A DNA stretch of 64,000 bases from Lapillicoccus sp. GTDB taxonomy: Bacteria; Actinomycetota; Actinomycetes; Actinomycetales; Dermatophilaceae. Below are positions 8,754 to 19,010 of the stretch, piece by piece (positions within the stretch are counted from its first letter, which is position 1; each line of letters starts with the position of its first letter). Location of the stretch: contig NZ_JBDTKA010000111.1 of assembly GCF_039935575.1 (NCBI RefSeq), positions 903 through 64,902 of the forward strand, read 5' to 3'. A program made the position numbers and the translations under genes. The notes beneath the pieces were generated by a model. That model was given only the letters and a program-made list of their open reading frames with translations, made no database searches and was not told the origin of the DNA.

Positions 8754-10664
8754 ATGGCTCCACGCACTCGCGACGACATCAGGAACGTCGCCATCATCGC
8801 GCACGTCGACCACGGCAAGACCACCCTGGTCGACAAGATGCTGTGGCAGTCGGGGGCGTTCGGCGAGCACCAGCACGTCGACGAACGCGCCATGGACTCC
8901 GGTGACCTCGAGCGTGAAAAGGGCATCACGATCCTCGCGAAGAACACCGCCGTCCACTACCAGGGCAAGGCGGCGGCCGACGCGGGTCTCGCCAGTGGCG
9001 TGACGATCAACATCATCGACACCCCCGGCCACGCCGACTTCGGTGGCGAGGTCGAGCGCGGGCTCTCCATGGTCGACGGGGTCGTGCTACTCGTGGACGC
9101 GTCCGAGGGGCCGCTGCCCCAGACTCGTTTCGTCCTGCGCAAGGCGCTCGCGGCGCACCTGCCGGTGATCCTGTGCATCAACAAGGTCGACCGTCCCGAC
9201 TCCCGCATCGCCGAGGTCGTCGACGAGACCTATGAGCTCTTCCTCGACCTCGACGCCGACGAGCACCAGATCGAGTTTCCCATCGTCTACACGTCCGCCA
9301 GGGCCGGCCGTGCGTCGACGAACCGCCCGGAGAACGGCGAGATGCCGGACCAGCCTGATCTCGAATTGCTTTTCTCGACCATCCTCGACACCATCCCGGC
9401 GCCGGTCTACGACGACGAGCTCCCCCTGCAGGCGCACGTCACCAACCTCGACTCCTCCAACTTCCTCGGCCGCCTCGCGCTGCTGCGGGTGTTCAACGGC
9501 ACGATCTCCAAGGGCCAGCAGGTCACCTGGTGCCGTCACGACGGCAGCCAGCAGAAGGTCAAGATCACCGAGCTGCTGATGACCGAGGCCCTGGAGCGCA
9601 AGCCGGCCGAGAGCGCCGGTCCCGGCGACATCATCGCGGTCGCCGGTATCCCGGAGATCACCATCGGCGAGACCCTGGCCGACGCCGACAACCCGGTCCC
9701 GCTGCCGCTGATCACCGTGGACGAGCCGGCCATCTCGATGACGATCGGCACCAACACCAGCCCCATGGTCGGTCGCGTCCGCGGTGCCAAGGTCACGGCC
9801 AGGATGGTCAAGGACCGGCTCGACCGCGAGCTCGTCGGCAACGTGTCCTTGAGGATCCTCACGACCGAGCGCCCCGACACCTGGGAGGTCCAGGGGCGCG
9901 GGGAGCTGGCCCTCGCGATCCTCGTGGAGCAGATGCGCCGCGAGGGCCACGAGCTGACCGTCGGCAAGCCGCAGGTGGTCACCCGGGAGGTCGACGGCAA
10001 GGTCGAGGAGCCAGTCGAGCGCCTCACCATCGACACCCCGGAGGAGTTCCTCGGGCCGATCACCCAGATCCTCGCGGCCCGCAAGGGTCGATTGGAGCAG
10101 ATGACCAACCACGGCACCGGTTGGATCCGGATGGAGTTCCTCGTGCCGTCTCGCGGGCTGATCGGCTTCCGCACCGAGTTCCTCACCGAGACAAGGGGGA
10201 CCGGCATCGCCCACCACGTCTTCGAGGACTACGAGCCCTGGTACGGCGCCATCACCACCCGGACCAGCGGCTCGCTCGTGTCCGACCGCAAGGGGGTGGT
10301 GACCGCCTACGCGATGGTCAACCTCCAGGAGCGCGGCACGTTGTTCACCGAGCCGACGACCGAGGTCTACGAGGGCATGATCGTGGGCGAGAACTCCCGG
10401 GCCGACGATATGGACGTCAACATCACCAAGGAGAAGAAGCTCACCAACGTGCGTGCCTCCTCCTCGGACAACTTCGAGAAGATCGTGCCGCCGCGCAACC
10501 TCAGCCTCGAGCAGTCGCTGGAGTTCTGCCGGGAGGACGAGTGCGTCGAGGTCACGCCCGAGGCGGTGCGGATCCGCAAGGTCGTCCTGGACGCCACCGA
10601 GCGTGCGCGCACAGCCGCCCGGGCGCGGTCGGCGGCGAAGTCCGAGCTGGCCGCGCGAGTCTGA
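8754..10664 (+). CDS. typA: translational GTPase TypA/BipA
   Basis: [33 protein letters not shown] and NKVD G-motifs. 636 aa with an EF-G-like domain order. Confidence 0.95.
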   Translation: MAPRTRDDIRNVAIIAHVDHGKTTLVDKMLWQSGAFGEHQHVDERAMDSGDLEREKGITILAKNTAVHYQGKAAADAGLASGVTINIIDTPGHADFGGEVERGLSMVDGVVLLVDASEGPLPQTRFVLRKALAAHLPVILCINKVDRPDSRIAEVVDETYELFLDLDADEHQIEFPIVYTSARAGRASTNRPENGEMPDQPDLELLFSTILDTIPAPVYDDELPLQAHVTNLDSSNFLGRLALLRVFNGTISKGQQVTWCRHDGSQQKVKITELLMTEALERKPAESAGPGDIIAVAGIPEITIGETLADADNPVPLPLITVDEPAISMTIGTNTSPMVGRVRGAKVTARMVKDRLDRELVGNVSLRILTTERPDTWEVQGRGELALAILVEQMRREGHELTVGKPQVVTREVDGKVEEPVERLTIDTPEEFLGPITQILAARKGRLEQMTNHGTGWIRMEFLVPSRGLIGFRTEFLTETRGTGIAHHVFEDYEPWYGAITTRTSGSLVSDRKGVVTAYAMVNLQERGTLFTEPTTEVYEGMIVGENSRADDMDVNITKEKKLTNVRASSSDNFEKIVPPRNLSLEQSLEFCREDECVEVTPEAVRIRKVVLDATERARTAARARSAAKSELAARV

Positions 10665-10683
10665 GCGCGCCGGGTTGGCTCTG

Positions 10684-12393
10684 ATGTCGCGGTCCAGAGC
10701 TCTGCGAGCGGATGGGGCGGCCGCCACCGCTCTCCTGCTCTGCGTCAGCTTCTTTCTCACCGGGTGCTCCACCAAACAGCTGGCCTCCACCTCGCCCACG
10801 GCGCGCGGCGGGACCCTCCACCTGCTGCTGGACCAGGACGTGGGCGCCTGGGACCCACAACGCATCGGCTCTGGCCCCGAGGGCTCGTTCGCGATCCGCA
10901 CCTACCTGCGCACCCTGACGACCCACGCCCCGGCCGGGGTGGGGTTCCTCCCAGGACTCGTCGGAGACCTGGCGACGACCACCGGGACAGTTCAGGACGA
11001 CGGGCGCACCTGGTCCTTCCCCATCGTTTCGGACGCCACCTGGCAGGACGGGCGGTTCGTCACCTGTGCCGACGTGAAGTACGGGGTGTCCCGCAGCTTT
11101 GCCAGGGACCGGATGACGGGTGGTTCGACGCAGGCCGTCCAGCTGCTCGACATCTCTGCGACGACCGCGTCCGACGGGACCCGCGTATCGGCATACCAGG
11201 GTCCCTGGTCGGGGGTCGGCCAGGACCTCTACGACAAGGCGGTCACCTGCACCGCTCAACAGATCACGTTCCACCTCAACAGCCCTCGGTACGACTTCGA
11301 CGAGATCGTCTCGCTGCCCGCCTTCGGTCCGGTGCGCAAGGACCAGGACACCGACCGCTCGGACCGCTTTTCGGTGTTCTCCAACGGGCCGTACATGCTC
11401 GAAGGCGTCTGGCACCCGGGGGAGGGGGGCCGGTTCGTGCGCAACCGCAAGTGGGTCGGCCGCGACGACCCGGTCCGGTTGGCCTGGCCGGACGTCATCG
11501 AGGTCGAGGTCCTGCCCGCCGGCACGTCCGTCGTGCAGCAGATCGTCGACGACACCGGAGACGCGCATACGGCGGTCACCTGGGTGGAGGTGCCACCGGC
11601 GGTCTACCCGCAGCTCGAGGAGCCGAGCCTCGCCGCCCGGACCACGCGACCCGACTCCGGAGAGGTGGACGCGCTGCTGCCCAACCCTGCGTCTCCGGTG
11701 GGCTCGAACCCCCAGGTACGCCGGGCGCTGGCCCTGTCGACCGACCGGCAGGCCTATGTCGCCGCCGACGGGTCGGCCATGCAGCCGGTCACCTCCGCGC
11801 TCCCGCGCAGCGTCCCGGGACGGGCCGAAGACGGTTCGGTCGACGTGCCGACCTCCCCCGACGCCGCAGCCGCGAAGTCCGTGCTGCAGGCAGCCGGGCT
11901 GACCCTCCCAGTCCCTTTGCGGGTCGCCTATCCCGCGTCGGGAGCCACCGACCGGGCCGTACGCGCGCTCGCCACGACGTGGGCCAAGGCCGGCTTCGTC
12001 GTCTCACTCGTCCCAGTGGGGGCTGGAGTCACACCCGCAGCTACAGGGACGAGCAGCTACGACCTCACCTGGACCAGTCTGAGTGCCGCGTGGCCGAGCG
12101 GTGGAGCCGTGTTGCCGGAGATGGTCACGCGAGACGCGGCACCCGGTCGCGGTCCGGACCCCGCGCTCGTCGCCGAGGCGGCGGCCGCCGCAGGGACGCC
12201 GGACCTGGTCGCCCGCAACACGGCCTGGTCCGCGCTCGACATGCGGCTGGTGGCCGCCGGCGACGTCCTGCCGCTCGCGGCCCGCCAGCGGGTGCTCGTG
12301 CACGGGTCCGGCGTGGACGCGTATCAGGACAACGTGCTGCTCGGCGGCCGCGTCGACCTCGCCGCCATCCAGGTCGAGCACGGCGGGGACTGA
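10684..12393 (+). CDS. family-5 (peptide/nickel type) solute-binding lipoprotein, LpqW-like position after typA
   Basis: Internal ATG of ORF 10453-12393. Signal plus lipobox (LLLCVSFFLTGC). Conserved blocks shared with the second SBP (RTYLRTLTT, TWQDGRFVTCADVKYGVSRSF). Confidence 0.8.
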   Translation: MSRSRALRADGAAATALLLCVSFFLTGCSTKQLASTSPTARGGTLHLLLDQDVGAWDPQRIGSGPEGSFAIRTYLRTLTTHAPAGVGFLPGLVGDLATTTGTVQDDGRTWSFPIVSDATWQDGRFVTCADVKYGVSRSFARDRMTGGSTQAVQLLDISATTASDGTRVSAYQGPWSGVGQDLYDKAVTCTAQQITFHLNSPRYDFDEIVSLPAFGPVRKDQDTDRSDRFSVFSNGPYMLEGVWHPGEGGRFVRNRKWVGRDDPVRLAWPDVIEVEVLPAGTSVVQQIVDDTGDAHTAVTWVEVPPAVYPQLEEPSLAARTTRPDSGEVDALLPNPASPVGSNPQVRRALALSTDRQAYVAADGSAMQPVTSALPRSVPGRAEDGSVDVPTSPDAAAAKSVLQAAGLTLPVPLRVAYPASGATDRAVRALATTWAKAGFVVSLVPVGAGVTPAATGTSSYDLTWTSLSAAWPSGGAVLPEMVTRDAAPGRGPDPALVAEAAAAAGTPDLVARNTAWSALDMRLVAAGDVLPLAARQRVLVHGSGVDAYQDNVLLGGRVDLAAIQVEHGGD

Positions 12394-12572
12394 ACCGGGT
12401 TCAAGACCGAGAGACTTTTCACAGAGATGTCTCAGGACAGAGATGCTTCGGTCACGATCCGGCGACGTATCCGATACCGCGTCCACGCACTGGCGCCGCT
12501 GGTCTATGGTTTCGACGTTCGGGCACGGTGCGGGACCGTCCCACTCCACACTCAGGTGAGGTTGGTCGACGT

Positions 12573-13589
12573 ATGACGGTTGCCCCCGGTCAAGAGGACC
12601 TCATCGAGGGGGTTCCCCTCGACCTCTCGGCCACGGATGGCGCGGTGGCCATCAAGGGGCGTTCACCGTGGCAGATCTTCGGGGCGCGGCTGCGGCGCGA
12701 CAAGGTGACGATGATCGCGCTCGTGCTGTCGATCCTGTTTCTCGTCGTCGGAGCCATCTCCCCTCTGCTCGTGCGGTGGGGTCTTCTCAAGCCCGACGAC
12801 CAGCACCCCGACCTCGTGCAGGACCTGGGCTCGATCCCTGGTGGTTTCGCTGGCGGGATGAGCGGGTCCCACCCGCTCGGTGTCGAGCCGGGAACCGGAC
12901 GCGACCTGTTCTCCCGGATCATCACGGGAATGACGACGTCACTGTTGGTGGCCGTCCTCGCCACGTTGTTCGCGATCATCCTCGGCACGGCGATAGGGTT
13001 GATCTCCGGCTTCAGCGGCGGGGTTGTCGACACGATCCTCAGCCGCTTCATGGACCTCGTCCTCAGTTTTCCCAGCACCTTGATGCTGCTGTCGCTGCAG
13101 GCCGTCCTCGTGCACCGCATCGCGGTCGTCATGGGACAGGCGGACAGCGCGCCGGGCCCCAAGATCGCCTTCATGATCATCGTACTTGGCTTCTTCGGGT
13201 GGCCGTTCTTCGCCCGCATCATCCGTGGTCAGGTGCTGTCGCTGCGAGAACGCGAGTTCGTCGAGGCGGCCCGGTCGCTCGGCGCCCGTCGCGGACGGAT
13301 CTATGTCAAGGAGCTGCTACCGCACCTCTGGGCGCCCATCCTGGTCTACACGACGCTGATCATGCCTCAGTTCATCTCGGCCGAGGCGGCCCTGGGTTTC
13401 CTTGGTGTCGGGATCAACCCGCCGACCGCGTCCCTGGGCGCGATCCTCAACGACTCGGTCAGCTACGCCTTGGCCGACCCTGCCTACTTCCTCTTCCCGG
13501 GCCTCACCGTTGTCATCCTGGTGCTGGCCTTCAACCTGCTCGGTGACGGCCTGCGCGACGCCCTCGACCCCAAGTCGGGTCGTTCATGA
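12573..13589 (+). CDS. ABC transporter permease (DppC/OppC-like)
   Basis: Internal ATG of the 941-aa read-through ORF 10764-13589. Hydrophobic. EAA-loop region EFVEAARSLGARRGRIYVKELLPH. Confidence 0.85.
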   Translation: MTVAPGQEDLIEGVPLDLSATDGAVAIKGRSPWQIFGARLRRDKVTMIALVLSILFLVVGAISPLLVRWGLLKPDDQHPDLVQDLGSIPGGFAGGMSGSHPLGVEPGTGRDLFSRIITGMTTSLLVAVLATLFAIILGTAIGLISGFSGGVVDTILSRFMDLVLSFPSTLMLLSLQAVLVHRIAVVMGQADSAPGPKIAFMIIVLGFFGWPFFARIIRGQVLSLREREFVEAARSLGARRGRIYVKELLPHLWAPILVYTTLIMPQFISAEAALGFLGVGINPPTASLGAILNDSVSYALADPAYFLFPGLTVVILVLAFNLLGDGLRDALDPKSGRS

Positions 13590-13722
13590 TCAGCGTCCAG
13601 GCATCCCGGTCAGCCCCCCAGCCCGACGTCGCCGAACCCGGCTACGTCGTCACCTCCGCAGCAATCGCTGCGGGAATCACTGCCGCGTTGCTCGTGGTGG
13701 TCAGTGCATACAAGGAGAACGC

Positions 13723-15462
13723 ATGATGCGCACGAAGAAGGGGGCGACAGCCGTCGCTCTCGGCGCCGTTGTGGCTGTTACTGCGGCTGCGTGCAGCAGC
13801 AGCGGCGGCGGCTCGACCACCTCGCCGAGCTCGGCTGCTGAAGGGGCCAAGGGCGGGACCTTGACCATGCTCAACCTCGGTCCCACCGAGCACCTGGACC
13901 CACAGCGGGTCTACATCGGCGCGGACATCCAGTTCGCCAGCCGCACCTACGCGCGCACCCTGACGACGTACTCGCCCGGTAAGGACGCGAAGCTGGTCCC
14001 CGACCTGGCGACCGACATGGGCACCATGTCCGACCAGGGCAAGACCTGGAAGTTCACCCTCGGCGACACCGCGAAGTGGCAGGACGGAAAGCCGGTCACC
14101 TGCGCGGACCTCAAGTACGGGGTGTCGCGAACGTTCGCCCAGGACGTCATCACTGGCGGCCCGAACTACATGATCACCTTCTTGGACATCCCCACCAAAA
14201 AGGACGACAAGGGCAACGACGTCTCTGCCTACGCCGGGCCTTACACCAAGGATGGTCAGGACCTGTTCGACAAGGCGGTGACCTGCGACGGTCAGACCAT
14301 CACCTTCAAGTTCAGCAAGCCATGGGCGGACTTCAACGTCCAGACGGCTGCGCTGCTTGCGGTTGCCCCCTTCCGCCAGGACCAGGACAAGGGTGACAAG
14401 AGCGACTTCACGCCGTTCTCCGACGGTCCGTACATGCTCGAGGGCACCTATGACCCCAACAAGGGCGGCAAGTGGGTGCGCAACCCGAACTGGGACGCCG
14501 GCAGCGACAAGGTCCGCAAGGCCCTGCCGGACATCATTCAGTACACCAACGGCGTGCAGACGGAAACGATCTTCCAGCGCCTGATCGCCAACTCGGGCGA
14601 CGACAAGAATGCGATCAGCGCTATCCAGGCGACTCCCTCCACGCTCCCACAGCTGGCCGGCAGCCCCGACGCGGTCAAGCGGTCCGCTACCGTCCCTGCC
14701 CCGTACACGGACTACGTCCAGCCCAACTTCAAGTCCAAGGTCATGTCCAACGAGAAGGTCCGTCAGGCGTTCGCCATGTCGACCAACCGCGATGCCTACG
14801 TCACCGCGTACGGCGGCTCGCAGGCCGAGACCCCGACCTATGCGATGTGCAACCCGACGCTGAAGTGCTTCAAGAAGTTCAACCCGTTCAACGCCCCGAC
14901 AGCCGGAGACCCGGATGCGGCCAAGAAGGTCCTGGCGGACGCCGGCGTGGCCACCCCGGTCGCCATCACGGTTGCTTACCGGAAGCGGCCCACCGCGGAC
15001 AAGGCGTTCGCGGCGATGAAGGAGACCTGGGACAAGGCCGGCTTCAACGTGACGCTCGAGGGCATCACCGACAAGTACTACGCGACGATCCAGGGCCCGG
15101 CCTATGCCACCAGGGACGTCTTCTGGGCTGGCTGGGGTGCTGACTGGCCGTCCGGATCTGCCGTGCTGCCCCCGCTGTTCGACGGCCGGGTCAACATCAG
15201 CGCGGGTGGCTCCGGTCAGGACTACGGGTACTTCAACGACGACGAGGTCAACAAGGCGATCGACGCTGCCTACCTCATCGCCGACGCCGATGCCCGTGAG
15301 AAGGCCTGGGGTGACATCGACGAGATGATCAGCAAGAAGGGCGGCGTGATCCCGCTCATCAACCAGAAGTTCACCTTCGCCTGGGGTTCGAATGTCAAGA
15401 ACTTCGAGACCAACCCCCTCATGGGTGGCTACGTCGACCTGGCCAACATCTCGGTCAAGTAG
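13723..15462 (+). CDS. family-5 solute-binding lipoprotein (peptide/oligopeptide type)
   Basis: Internal ATG after aaggag (13712-13717). MMRTKKGATAVALGAVVAVTAAAC has a lipobox. Paralogous to 10684-12393. Confidence 0.85.
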   Translation: MMRTKKGATAVALGAVVAVTAAACSSSGGGSTTSPSSAAEGAKGGTLTMLNLGPTEHLDPQRVYIGADIQFASRTYARTLTTYSPGKDAKLVPDLATDMGTMSDQGKTWKFTLGDTAKWQDGKPVTCADLKYGVSRTFAQDVITGGPNYMITFLDIPTKKDDKGNDVSAYAGPYTKDGQDLFDKAVTCDGQTITFKFSKPWADFNVQTAALLAVAPFRQDQDKGDKSDFTPFSDGPYMLEGTYDPNKGGKWVRNPNWDAGSDKVRKALPDIIQYTNGVQTETIFQRLIANSGDDKNAISAIQATPSTLPQLAGSPDAVKRSATVPAPYTDYVQPNFKSKVMSNEKVRQAFAMSTNRDAYVTAYGGSQAETPTYAMCNPTLKCFKKFNPFNAPTAGDPDAAKKVLADAGVATPVAITVAYRKRPTADKAFAAMKETWDKAGFNVTLEGITDKYYATIQGPAYATRDVFWAGWGADWPSGSAVLPPLFDGRVNISAGGSGQDYGYFNDDEVNKAIDAAYLIADADAREKAWGDIDEMISKKGGVIPLINQKFTFAWGSNVKNFETNPLMGGYVDLANISVK

Positions 15463-15520
15463 TCCGGTAGCTCATAGGTAGCTCATAGGTAGTGCGGTAG
15501 CTCAGCGCAGGACGACCGTC

Positions 15521-15564
15521 GGCTGGTGCCGGGCGGGGAGGCAAATCCCCGTCCGGCACCAGCC
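15521..15564 (+). terminator. long stem-loop between the SBP and permease genes (intra-operon attenuator or mRNA-stabilising hairpin)
   Basis: ggctggtgccgggcgggga-ggcaaa-tccccgtccggcaccagcc gives about 19 paired positions with one bulge. No T-run follows. Confidence 0.45.
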
Positions 15565-15612
15565 GCACACCCCTGATCGAGAGGTAGGTGAAGCACCGAC
15601 TGGTGCGAGCAC

Positions 15613-16626
15613 ATGTTCTTCTACATCGTCCGGCGGCTGATCTCCGTGGTGATCATGCTGATCGTCATCAGCATCACCACCTTTCTCATCTTCTTCGCCT
15701 CACCGGAGGACCCGGCGCGGCTCACCTGCGCGAAGAACTGCACGCCGGCTGTCATCGAAGGCAACCGCAAGGCCCTCGGCTTCGACAAACCCATCACCGT
15801 GCAGTACGCGTCCTTCATCAAGGGCCTTTTCGTCCCGCGCGACTTCCCCGACGACCCCGCTCTCAAAGCGTCCAACCCCGAGCTCGTCGTCACCTGCTCC
15901 GCCCCCTGCCTCGGCTACTCGAGGTTCAAGAACCAGTTCGTCACCGACATCATCAAGACCGGCCTTCCCGTCACCGCCTCGATCGCGCTCGGAGCCTTCG
16001 TGCTGTGGATGGTGTTCGGCATCGCGGGTGGCATCGTGGCCGCTCTGCGACGCGGCACGTGGGCCGACCGGCTCATCGTCGGGCTCGCGCTGATCGGGTT
16101 CTCGTTGCCGAGCTTTTTCATCGGGCAGATCCTGCTGTCCTTCGTCGCCATCAAGTGGCAGTTCGTCCCCGTGCCGGAGTTCACCGCGCTGACCGATAAC
16201 CCGTTGCTCTGGGCCCAGGGGATATTCCTGCCCTCAGTGACCCTCGCCGTGATCTTCATGGCCAGCTATGTCCGCCTGACGCGCGCCTACATGCTCGAGA
16301 CGATGGCGGAGGACTACATCCGCACGGCCCGCGCCAAGGGGGTGAAGAACTTCACCGTGATCCGCCGCCATGGTCTGCGAGCGGCGCTGACCCCGATCGT
16401 CACAGCCGCGGGCCTCGACCTCGGCGGTCTGCTCGGAGGCGCCATCATCAGCGAGCAGGTCTTCAACTTCCAAGGCCTGGGCTGGACCGCCATCCGGGCC
16501 ATCACCGACACAGACCTACCGGTGATCGTGGGGATCGTCATTGTGGCGTCGTTCTTCATCGTGGTCGCCAACCTCATCGTCGACGTCCTCTACGGTGTCA
16601 TCGATCCTCGGGTTCGCCTGAGCTGA
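15613..16626 (+). CDS. ABC transporter permease (DppB/OppB-like)
   Basis: MFFYIVRRLISVVIMLIVISITTFLIFF is the characteristic N-terminus. EAA loop YIRTARAKGVKNFTVIRRHGLR. Confidence 0.9.
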   Translation: MFFYIVRRLISVVIMLIVISITTFLIFFASPEDPARLTCAKNCTPAVIEGNRKALGFDKPITVQYASFIKGLFVPRDFPDDPALKASNPELVVTCSAPCLGYSRFKNQFVTDIIKTGLPVTASIALGAFVLWMVFGIAGGIVAALRRGTWADRLIVGLALIGFSLPSFFIGQILLSFVAIKWQFVPVPEFTALTDNPLLWAQGIFLPSVTLAVIFMASYVRLTRAYMLETMAEDYIRTARAKGVKNFTVIRRHGLRAALTPIVTAAGLDLGGLLGGAIISEQVFNFQGLGWTAIRAITDTDLPVIVGIVIVASFFIVVANLIVDVLYGVIDPRVRLS

Positions 16627-16645
16627 GCGTGGAGGAGAACACCAG

Positions 16646-17740
16646 ATGACGCCATTGCGAACGCGCAGCGGGCACACGCAGGTTGCCCAGGAGGTCGCTG
16701 CGCCCGGCGATACCCAGGGCAGCTATCTGCGGGTCGTCGACCTGAAGGTGCACTTCCCCACGGACGACGGTCTGGTCAAGGCCGTCGACGGGTTGACCTT
16801 CGACCTGGAAAAGGGGCAGACGATCGGAATCGTCGGCGAGTCCGGGTCCGGGAAGTCGGTGACCAGCCAGGCGATTCTCGGCCTGCACCGCAACACGAGG
16901 GCGCGTACCTCCGGCTCGATCTTCCTCGACGGGGAAGACCTCATGGGGGTGAGCAACGAACGGATCCGCACGCTGCGCGGCAACAAGATGGCGATGATCT
17001 TCCAGGATCCCCTCTCCGCGCTGCACCCCTATTACACCGTCGGCGCCCAGATCGTCGAGGGCATCAGGGTCCATCACAGCGATATGTCCAAGGCGGCGGC
17101 CAAGTCACGAACGGTCGACCTGCTCGGCCGGGTCGGGATACCCAACCCGAAGAAGCGTGCCGACCAGTACCCGCACGAGTTCTCTGGTGGCATGAGGCAA
17201 CGCGCCATGATCGCCATGGCGCTGGCCAACGACCCCTCGCTACTGATTGCCGACGAGCCGACCACGGCGCTCGACGTCACGGTGCAAGCCCAGATCCTCG
17301 ATCTCATGCGTGATCTGCAGGCCGAGTTCGGCTCGGCGATCATCATGATCACCCACGACCTCGGCGTAGTTGCCGAGATGGCCAACGAGATCCTGGTGAT
17401 GTACGCCGGGAAGGCCGTCGAGCACGGCCAGGTCAACGACGTCTTCTACCAACCCGAGCATCCGTATGCGTGGGGCCTGCTCTCGTCGATGCCCCGGCTC
17501 GACCGGGTCCGGCAGAGCCGGCTGGACCCCGTGCCCGGCAACCCTCCCTCGCTGATCAACGTGCCGTCCGGTTGTGCGTTCCACCCGCGCTGTGCCTTCC
17601 GGGCCGAGGTGCCCGGTGACGCCTGCAAAACGGTCGTCCCCGGCCTGGAAGAAGCAAGACCAGGGCATCTGGCGAGGTGCCACATCCCCACTGAGCGCCG
17701 TGCGGAGCTCTTCGAGACCGTCGTCAAACCCCGGCTGTGA
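16646..17740 (+). CDS. ABC transporter ATP-binding protein (DppD/OppD-like)
   Basis: Walker A GESGSGKS, signature FSGGMRQR, Walker B LLIADEPTTALD. The C-terminal oligopeptide-type extension has a Cys motif. Confidence 0.9.
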   Translation: MTPLRTRSGHTQVAQEVAAPGDTQGSYLRVVDLKVHFPTDDGLVKAVDGLTFDLEKGQTIGIVGESGSGKSVTSQAILGLHRNTRARTSGSIFLDGEDLMGVSNERIRTLRGNKMAMIFQDPLSALHPYYTVGAQIVEGIRVHHSDMSKAAAKSRTVDLLGRVGIPNPKKRADQYPHEFSGGMRQRAMIAMALANDPSLLIADEPTTALDVTVQAQILDLMRDLQAEFGSAIIMITHDLGVVAEMANEILVMYAGKAVEHGQVNDVFYQPEHPYAWGLLSSMPRLDRVRQSRLDPVPGNPPSLINVPSGCAFHPRCAFRAEVPGDACKTVVPGLEEARPGHLARCHIPTERRAELFETVVKPRL

Positions 17741-17756
17741 GAAGAGAGTCAACGCC

Positions 17757-19010
17757 ATGACAGACCGTCCCTACTCCGACGGGCCGATCATCGGGCCCCA
17801 GTCAGGTCCGATCGACCGGGGCAACAACGAGTTCCGCGGACCCGGCGAGCAGGCCGAACGCCTCGTTGAGAACTCCAACGAGATTTCTGTGGATCTGACA
17901 GAACCCACGGCTCCAGTGTCCGGTTCGCAGGGCGGTGGCGCGACTGTGACACGGCCCGTCGCCTCCACCCGCCAAGACGGAAGCGTGGCCGGGGAGCTTC
18001 GCGACTCGCCGTTGCGGACAGGAACGCCGCTGCTGCGCCTGACCGGTCTGGAGAAGTACTTCCCGCAGTGGCGGCAGACACTGGTGCGGCGAGCGGAAGC
18101 GCCGGTTAAGGCCGTGGACGGGATCTCGTTCGAACTGTACCCGGGGGAGACAGTCGGTCTCGTGGGTGAGTCCGGGTGTGGCAAGTCCACGGCCGGGCGT
18201 ACCCTGCTGCGCCTCCTGGAGCCGACGGGTGGGACGATCGAGTTCGCCGGCAACGACATCACCAAGGTCAGCGGTCCCGATCTGCGCCGGCTGCGCCGGG
18301 AGATGCAGATGGTCTTCCAGGACCCCTACGGATCGCTGAACCCGCGGCAGACCATCGGGTCCATCATCGCTGCCCCGTTCGATATTCAGCGTATCCACCC
18401 GGAGGGCGGGACGCGCAAGACAGTGCAGGGCCTGATGGAGCGGGTCGGCCTCAATCCGGAGCACTACAACCGCTACCCTCACGAGTTCTCCGGGGGTCAG
18501 CGACAGCGCATCGGGGTGGCCCGGGCCATCGCGCTCAAGCCGCAGCTGGTCGTCTGCGACGAGCCAGTCTCCGCGCTCGACGTCTCCATCCAGGCGCAGG
18601 TCATCAACCTGCTGGAGGACATCCAGGACGAGCAGAACCTCGCCTACGTCTTCATCGCGCACGACCTCTCGGTCGTGCGTCACATCTCCGACCGCGTCGT
18701 GGTGATGTATCTCGGTAAGCTCATGGAGGAGGCTCCGCGCGACACCCTCTACGAGCACCCACTGCACCCCTACACGCACGCGCTACTCTCGGCGGTGCCG
18801 ACTCCCGATCCGAGGAAGGAGGCGAAGAAGAACCGAATCCTGCTCAAGGGTGACCTCCCCTCGCCGCAGAACCCCCCGAGCGGGTGCGTCTTCCGCACCC
18901 GGTGCCCGAAGGCCCAGCAGCGGTGCGCCGACGAGATACCCCTGCCGCTCGAAGTCGCACCCGGCCACCGGGTGGCCTGCCACTTCCCTGAGGAGCGCCA
19001 GGTCATCTGA
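17757..19010 (+). CDS. ABC transporter ATP-binding protein (DppF/OppF-like) with ~100-aa low-complexity N-terminal extension
   Basis: Internal ATG of ORF 17574-19010. Walker A GESGCGKST, signature FSGGQRQR, Walker B LVVCDEPVSALD. Confidence 0.85.
   Translation: MTDRPYSDGPIIGPQSGPIDRGNNEFRGPGEQAERLVENSNEISVDLTEPTAPVSGSQGGGATVTRPVASTRQDGSVAGELRDSPLRTGTPLLRLTGLEKYFPQWRQTLVRRAEAPVKAVDGISFELYPGETVGLVGESGCGKSTAGRTLLRLLEPTGGTIEFAGNDITKVSGPDLRRLRREMQMVFQDPYGSLNPRQTIGSIIAAPFDIQRIHPEGGTRKTVQGLMERVGLNPEHYNRYPHEFSGGQRQRIGVARAIALKPQLVVCDEPVSALDVSIQAQVINLLEDIQDEQNLAYVFIAHDLSVVRHISDRVVVMYLGKLMEEAPRDTLYEHPLHPYTHALLSAVPTPDPRKEAKKNRILLKGDLPSPQNPPSGCVFRTRCPKAQQRCADEIPLPLEVAPGHRVACHFPEERQVI

Noticed and set aside
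9087-10901. 604-aa minus-strand ORF. Similar long shadow ORFs: 985-1593, 1413-2408, 4762-6135, 6462-7748, 18770-20278, 25294-26724, 47235-48770, 49104-50600, 54687-55880 and 60534-62549.
   Set aside because: Each mirrors a motif-supported gene on the other strand or in another frame, and none has a recognisable domain. Their length is explained by the scarcity of stop codons in GC-rich sequence.
15466-15510. tRNA-like string ggtagctcag (resembles a tRNA D-arm A-box).
   Set aside because: No acceptor stem, anticodon arm or T-loop (GTTCGAATC-like) can be drawn around it. It is part of an 11-bp tandem repeat.
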